Assembly (NCBI RefSeq): GCF_000143415.4
Contig: NW_003314296.1
Span: 973,645 to 1,037,644, forward strand
Reading direction: 5' to 3'
Length of the DNA: 64,000 bases
Origin: Selaginella moellendorffii
Taxonomy: Eukaryota > Plantae > Lycopodiophyta
Shown: positions 63,034-64,000 of the stretch, in pieces
Numbering within the stretch: position 1 is the stretch's first letter
Layout: the number at the start of each line of letters is the position of its first letter
Notes under the pieces: generated by a model
What the model was told of the DNA's origin: nothing
Seen by the model: only the letters and a program-made list of their open reading frames with translations
The model's database searches: none
Translations under genes and position numbers: made by a program

Positions 63034-64000
63034 ATGGTGATGAGATTCGTGTTCTTGCTGCTCCTGGCACTGGGATTCGCCAGCGCCAAGGACTCGTCGG
63101 ATCTCGTGCTTCCCCACCCCAGGAAGGTCGTGAAAGAGAAGGGCGGGAGGATTTTGGGCTGGGATCGCGACGCCACAGCGTTCGAAGAGATCGGCGTCAA
63201 GAGCGAGATCATCCATTTGAAGCCAAATGGTTTGGTGCTGCCAATGTATGTGGATGCCGATAGCTTGTGCTACGTCTTGGAAGGGAGGGCTACTGCTGGA
63301 ATCGTTCGCCCTTCTGGAGAAGCCACAAACACGAGGTACTTTGATCGAATGATCTTCTCATGCTCTTTAGATTCATGTTCTCTATCAAGTTCTTCTTCAG
63401 ATTCGTGTTCTTCTTTAGATTCGAATTCTTCTCATGCTCTTTAGATTTTCTCTATTAAGTTCTTGTTTTTAGATTGTTTTCTCAAAGCCTTGAAATCTTT
63501 TCCAGATATGTGAGAGTTGGAGATGTTGTAGCTCTTCCCGCTGGATGGATGGTTTGGCTATGGAACACTGGTGGATTGGGCATGAAGATGTTTTGCGTGA
63601 ACAAGCCAGTCCTCCAGGAAGATTGTAAGTCGTGCAAGACTTACTTTCTTGCCGGATCCGAGGAAAGCAAGAAGGGCTCTTTCCTCCACGGATTCAGCGA
63701 CGAGGTTCTCAAGAGGACGTTCCAAGTTGATATGAAAGAAGCTCGCAGCATCGTTGAAGCGCAGAAGAGCTCCGTGTTTGCGGACGCAAAGGCAAGCTTT
63801 TTCTTCTTCCTCTTTCGAAAGATGGTCACTGGATTTTGTTTCCCCGCGTAGGAATTCGACAACGAAGTTAGCAGTGATCAATCTGACAATGGAGAGATGC
63901 GAGGTGATCTTTCTTTCAACATGGAGATTGCTCACCCGGATGTGATCGAGTCCGGTGGCCGTATGACGCTCCTGGACGATACCAAGATGAGGATCCTGGA
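63034..64000 (+). CDS. Vicilin/7S-globulin-like bicupin storage protein with signal peptide (3'-partial)
   Basis: Signal peptide MVMRFVFLLLLALGFASA, LKPNGLVLPMYVDADSLCYVLEG, GDVVALPAG and SFLHGFSDEVLKRTF; introns 63336-63505 and 63792-63851. Confidence 0.85.

Overview
Land-plant nuclear DNA, most consistent with a lycophyte such as Selaginella. This is inferred from the mostly ~45-75-nt introns, genes packed 49-200 nt apart, and a PLS/E PPR gene of the Selaginella type. One 100-N assembly gap lies at 21482-21581. Layout: (1) 1-25 kb is a zone of decayed repeats and gene fragments. It holds two copies of an intronless stand-alone RNase H gene, Ty1/copia and Ty3/gypsy relics, F-box, NUP54, RluD and PPR pseudogenes, tRNA-Arg(CCG) and a tRNA-Ile pseudogene, a ~120-bp satellite with a TRIM-like insertion, a 5S rRNA 3' fragment, and an AT-rich B-lectin ORF. 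(2) 25.6-38.4 kb is an extremely compact block of intact genes: SEC22, PLS-E PPR, NAC-beta/BTF3, CSP41b, KRR1, AIG2-like GGCT, ETF-alpha, UBC12/RCE1 and an SCS-like EF-hand gene. (3) 38.9-54.9 kb is a four-level transposon nest. The innermost member is a full-length chromovirus (44086-51594, CTCAG TSD, LTRs ~97% identical). (4) 55-64 kb holds HEMA, PPR and papain-propeptide relics and a vicilin-like cupin gene. Main observation: the chromovirus integrase is split by two host-sized GT-AG introns (47 and 52 nt) inside conserved motifs. A third candidate intron at the gag/protease junction would switch between Gag-only and Gag-Pol products, and the same architecture recurs in a divergent gypsy element at 4720-4759. 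Together these suggest a splicing-controlled LTR-retrotransposon expression system. All homology calls are from recognition of motifs; no database searches were run.
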